The translations under genes were made by a program, and so were the position numbers. This document shows positions 8,966 through 12,622 of a stretch of DNA of 12,622 bases, in pieces. How positions within the stretch are numbered: position 1 is the first letter of the stretch; the number at the start of each line of letters is the position of its first letter. The notes under the pieces are model-generated. The model made no database searches, was not told where the DNA came from, and was given only the letters and a program-made list of their open reading frames with translations. The stretch is from contig JBCCHT010000087.1 in assembly GCA_039028615.1 (NCBI GenBank), forward strand, positions 1-12,622, written 5' to 3'. Origin of the DNA: Myxococcota bacterium (lineage in GTDB: Bacteria > Myxococcota_A > Polyangia > Nannocystales > Nannocystaceae).

Positions 8966-9649
8966 ATGGCCACCACCGAGACCGAGCTGCGCTTCGTCGC
9001 CACCGAGGGCACGGGAGAAGTCTCCGCGCGACTCGACCGCCCCGACGACGCCACCGCGCTGCTGGTGCTGGCCCACGGCGCGGGCGCAGGCATGCGCCAT
9101 CACTTCATGGACTCGATGACGGAGGCGCTGGTCGCCCGACGGCTCGCCGTCTTTCGCTACCAATTCCCCTATACCGAGCAAGGACGTCGCCGGCCGGACC
9201 CCGCCCCTCGCTTGGTGGGCACAGTGCGGAGTGCGGTCCGCACCGCGGCCGAGCTGGTCCCCGAGTTACCGATGGTCGCGGGCGGCAAGTCGATGGGCGG
9301 CCGCATGACCTCCACCGCCGCCTCCGACGGTGGGCTCGAACCCGTCCGTGGCCTGGTGTTCTTGGGGTTTCCGCTGCATCCCGCCGGGAAACCGGGCATC
9401 ACGCGGGCCGAGCACCTGGCCGCGGTGACCCTGCCGATGCTGTTCGTGCAGGGCACTCGCGACAAGCTGGCCGGGCTGCCGCTGCTCGAACCCGTGCTCG
9501 AGCCGCTGTCGACCGCCCGCCTGCACATCGTGGACGATGGAGACCACTCGTTCACCGTCCGCAAGACCCGGGGCTTCGACCCGGCCGCGGTCATCCCCTC
9601 GATCGCGGATGCGGTGGTCGCCTGGGTGGCTGAAACCACCGCGGCCTGA
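8966..9649 (+). CDS. Alpha/beta-fold hydrolase (KANL3/Tex30-like, COG3571-type), 227 aa
   Basis: VLAHGAGAGM oxyanion segment, nucleophile elbow GGKSMGGR, LGFPLHP, QGTRD (Asp) and DGDHSF (His), giving an intact Ser-Asp-His triad. Confidence 0.9.
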   Translation: MATTETELRFVATEGTGEVSARLDRPDDATALLVLAHGAGAGMRHHFMDSMTEALVARRLAVFRYQFPYTEQGRRRPDPAPRLVGTVRSAVRTAAELVPELPMVAGGKSMGGRMTSTAASDGGLEPVRGLVFLGFPLHPAGKPGITRAEHLAAVTLPMLFVQGTRDKLAGLPLLEPVLEPLSTARLHIVDDGDHSFTVRKTRGFDPAAVIPSIADAVVAWVAETTAA

Positions 9650-9835
9650 GCCCCCCAAATTTCACCGCTGCGAGCCCCCGACTTCGGGCCGCGGGCAGGT
9701 GCCGTTATTGAACGTCGCGGACGGCTGTCGGGGTGACCACTGTGGGTGCTGACCGCTGCCGTCGCACCTCGGTTCGGCGCGGCAAAAACAACTCGAAAAG
9801 GTCCCCGATCCGGGCCGCGGGTTCGACGCCGTCGC

Positions 9836-9844
9836 TGGTATAGT
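9836..9844 (+). promoter_or_regulatory. Candidate extended -10 promoter (TG-G-TATAGT) for the TPR-like gene
   Basis: TGnTATAGT lies about 45 nt upstream of ATG 9890, followed by an SD-like AAAGGA at 9874-9879. Confidence 0.5.
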
Positions 9845-9889
9845 TCGGCCCCCTCGATCGAGTAGGCGACAACAAAGGAACGACCCTCT

Positions 9890-12622
9890 ATGGCAATGGG
9901 TGACAACGGTGGAACGGACTCCTCGGGCCTCGAACAATCCTTCGCGGCCGCGTTGAAAGCAGCCCGCGGCGCGCTGGACAGCGACGACGCGTGGGCGCAC
10001 CTCGAAGAGCTGGCCGACAAGCTTCAGCAACCCGAACAGGTGGCGGAGCTTTATGTCGAGCTGCTCGACGGGAAGCTCGACGCCGAGACTCGCGATCGCT
10101 TATCGCAGCGCGCGGTGCAGTTCCACGACGAGTGGTTCGGCGACAACGCGGAGGTCATGCAGGGGTTGCTGACCAAGATCATCGCTTCGGATCCCGATGC
10201 CGGCTGGGCCTTCGAGCGCCTGAGCGTGGTGCTGACGGTCGCCGAACATTGGTCGGAGCTGCTGGCCCTGTACGACCGCACCCTGGAGACCACCCGCGAC
10301 GCCAAGCGCCGCCGCAAGCTGCTCGACGACGCGGCCCACGTGGCCAAGGACTTCGCCGACGCGCCCGGACGCGCCGTCGACTACATGCAGTCGCTGCTCG
10401 AGCTGGAGCCCGACAACACCAAGCTCGCCGCCAACATCGAACGCCTGCTCGATCGTCAGCGCCGATGGGAAGACCTGGTCGAGCTGTGGCAAGCGCAGAT
10501 TCCTCGCCTTCCCGTCGACGAGGGTCGCAACCGACGGGTCCGCATCGCTCGGGTCTTCCTCGAGCACCTGGAGGCGGCCGGGGCCGCGCTCGACGAGCTC
10601 CGCCTGCTGCTCGACGAGTCACCCGGTCACGCCGAGGGCTGCGCCCAGCTCGAGAAGATCATCGACTTCGACGGGGCCCCCACCGAGATTCGTCTGACCG
10701 CGCTGTCGCTGCTGCGCACCAACTACGATGCGGTCGATCGAGGGCCGGACTTCGTCGCCGCCGTCGCCCGGGCCGTGAAGTTCGCCGAGGGTGACGACCG
10801 CACCGCGCTGCATCGCGAGGCGGGCGTTCGCCTCTCGATCTTGGGTCGCGACGCGGAAGCCATGGGCCACTATGGCCAGCTGCTCACCGAGTCCCCGACC
10901 GATACCGACGCTCGCAAACAATTGCGGCAGCTCGCCCGTCGCTCCGAGCTGCACGAGGACCACGCCAATGCGCTGGTCGCCGCGGCCGAGGCCGCGGAGG
11001 ACGACGGCCATCGCATCGCGTTGCTGCTCGAGGCCGCCGATCTGGTGCAGGAGGCCATCGGCGACACCGACCGCGCCATCGCCCTGTACGAGCGCGTCTT
11101 GGAGCTGTCCGAGGCCGATCCTTCGCTCGCGCTGTCGGCCGCTCACCGTCTCAACGAGCTGCTCGCCACCGCGGATCGAGCCGCCGATCGACTGGCCGTG
11201 CTCGAGCGCCTGGCCGGCCTCGAGCGTGCCTCCTCGGTGCGCCGCACCATCTTGGGGGAGGCGGGCCGGCTCGCCGATCAGCTCGGCGACCCCGATCGCG
11301 CCCTGGCGGCCTGGCAATCGCGGCTCGAGGGCGACAACGCCGACCTCGAAGCGCTCGAGGCCATGGTCGAGCTGCTCGACAAGCACGAGCGCTGGGAGCC
11401 CCTGGTCGATGCGCTCGAGCGTCGGGCCGCGGCCGCTCCCCTGCCCTTGCAGACCCGGGCCGACCTCGTGCGCATGGCCGAGGTCCGCGAGCAACGGCTG
11501 GAGAATGCAGGCGCGTCCATCGATACCTGGCTGCAGATCCGCGAGAAGTTCGGGGACGCCCCCGATGTGGTCAGCGCGCTCGATCGCCTGATGACGCAGA
11601 CGGCTCGCTTCACCGAGCTGGCCGAGATCATCGATCGCGCGGCGGAGCGCCGCCGCAGTGACTCGGCCACCCTGCTGTCGCGCTTGGGCGACCTGTACCG
11701 CACCGAGCTGGGCCAGCCGCTCGAGGCGGTGCGCTACTACGGCGAGGCGTTGGGGGTGGATGCCCGTGACGCCCGCGCCCGGGCCGGCCTCGACGCCCTG
11801 CTGTCCAACGAGGAGTGCGCCAGCAAGGCGGCCGAGCTGCTCGCCCGTGCCTTCCGCCTCACCGACGATTGGCAGAACACGCTGTCGCTGGTCGAGGTTC
11901 GGGTCCGCGGCGGGCACACGCCCCGTGAAGCGGTGGCCGTGCTGCGATCGGCGGCGATGCTGCACGAAGAGCGCAGCGCCGACCTCCCCGTGGCCCAAAA
12001 CGCCATCGCCCGCGCGCTGGTGCTCGACCCCTCCGATACCGGCCTCGAGCACGAGCTCATGCGCCTGGTCGAGCAGACCCACGACTGGGCGAGCGCGGCC
12101 GATGCCTATCGTCGCGCGGTCGAGGAGACGGGCCCCAGCCCCGCTCGCGCCGCGCACCTGTACCGACGTGAAGGCGAGCTGCGCGAGCGCCTGGAAGACC
12201 ACGAAGGGGCCGCCCGGGCCTATTCCGCCGCCGCCCAGTTCGACCCCGAGTCGCTGATCACTCAGCGCGCGGTGGTTCGTGTGGCGGCCAATGCCGGGGA
12301 CTTCGGACCCGCCGCCCTCGGGCTGGTGCGCCTGTCTCGGGTTCGTGGCGTCGTCGACGAGGACTCGCTGCGCAGCCTGACCGACAAGGCGGCCGAGCAA
12401 AGCGCCTGGCGTGGCGCCGCCGAGGGGCTCAGCGCCGCGTTGCAGGAGATCGAGCTGCCCCGCGATCTGGGGCGGACCTTCGAGTCGACCTGCGCTCGCT
12501 GGTACCACGAGCACTGCGCCGATCCGGAAGCGGCCGAGGCCTCGGCCCGGCGCGCGGGCGAGCTCGACCCGACACACCCCGAGTCGCTGACCCTGCTGGC
12601 GGAGCTGCAGCGCCGCCACCCC
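9890..12622 (+). CDS. Large TPR-like alpha-helical repeat protein (resembles myxobacterial AgmK-like giant TPR proteins), 3'-truncated by window edge, at least 911 aa
   Basis: Manual translation from ATG 9890 gives MAMGDNGGTDSSGLEQSFAAALKAARGALDSDDAWAHLEELADKLQQPEQVAELYVELL..., in frame to the window end (...LAELQRRHP), with GC-rich third codon positions and an upstream SD. Repeats include GDTDRAIALYERVLE, GDPDRALAAWQSRLEGDNADLEALEAMVELLDKHERWEPLVDALERR and GQPLEAVRYYGEALGVD. Confidence 0.88.
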   Translation, partial: MAMGDNGGTDSSGLEQSFAAALKAARGALDSDDAWAHLEELADKLQQPEQVAELYVELLDGKLDAETRDRLSQRAVQFHDEWFGDNAEVMQGLLTKIIASDPDAGWAFERLSVVLTVAEHWSELLALYDRTLETTRDAKRRRKLLDDAAHVAKDFADAPGRAVDYMQSLLELEPDNTKLAANIERLLDRQRRWEDLVELWQAQIPRLPVDEGRNRRVRIARVFLEHLEAAGAALDELRLLLDESPGHAEGCAQLEKIIDFDGAPTEIRLTALSLLRTNYDAVDRGPDFVAAVARAVKFAEGDDRTALHREAGVRLSILGRDAEAMGHYGQLLTESPTDTDARKQLRQLARRSELHEDHANALVAAAEAAEDDGHRIALLLEAADLVQEAIGDTDRAIALYERVLELSEADPSLALSAAHRLNELLATADRAADRLAVLERLAGLERASSVRRTILGEAGRLADQLGDPDRALAAWQSRLEGDNADLEALEAMVELLDKHERWEPLVDALERRAAAAPLPLQTRADLVRMAEVREQRLENAGASIDTWLQIREKFGDAPDVVSALDRLMTQTARFTELAEIIDRAAERRRSDSATLLSRLGDLYRTELGQPLEAVRYYGEALGVDARDARARAGLDALLSNEECASKAAELLARAFRLTDDWQNTLSLVEVRVRGGHTPREAVAVLRSAAMLHEERSADLPVAQNAIARALVLDPSDTGLEHELMRLVEQTHDWASAADAYRRAVEETGPSPARAAHLYRREGELRERLEDHEGAARAYSAAAQFDPESLITQRAVVRVAANAGDFGPAALGLVRLSRVRGVVDEDSLRSLTDKAAEQSAWRGAAEGLSAALQEIELPRDLGRTFESTCARWYHEHCADPEAAEASARRAGELDPTHPESLTLLAELQRRHP

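Noticed and set aside
6059..9181. 1040-aa minus-strand ORF antisense to ligD
   Set aside because: Shadow ORF typical of high-GC codon bias. It has no recognisable motifs and lies opposite a clear ligD.
9815..9832. tRNA T-loop-like GGGTTCGAC
   Set aside because: No proper T-stem, acceptor stem or cloverleaf can be built around it.
10100..12619. ORFs 10619..12619 (-), 10100..10567 (-), 10791..11591 (+) and 11658..12257 (+)
   Set aside because: All overlap the real plus-strand frame starting at 9890 and have no protein-like features of their own.

Overview
High-GC bacterial chromosomal DNA that looks myxobacterial (Myxococcota-like; inferred from the gene families). It contains seven genes. 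In order: the 3' end of a TonB-dependent receptor (MxcH-like, +); a convergent fused ABC exporter (-); a cytoplasmic REC-PAS-PAS-HisKA-HATPase-REC hybrid kinase (-); a ~470-bp intergenic region with repeats and possible RNA structure; a divergent NHEJ pair, ku (-) and ligD (+, PE-LIG-POL order); an alpha/beta hydrolase (+); and the 5' 911 codons of a large TPR-like helical-repeat protein (AgmK-like, +). The ORF track omits the last gene because it has no stop codon in the window. I see no mobile element, CRISPR array or clear RNA gene, and I cannot claim a clearly new system. The most unusual signals are in the NHEJ locus. LigD has both motif V lysines replaced by Arg, and Ku has an acidic rather than basic tail plus an intact Zn-ribbon. 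A palindrome between ku and ligD carries overlapping -10-like hexamers on both strands, and a hydrolase gene lies directly downstream of ligD.
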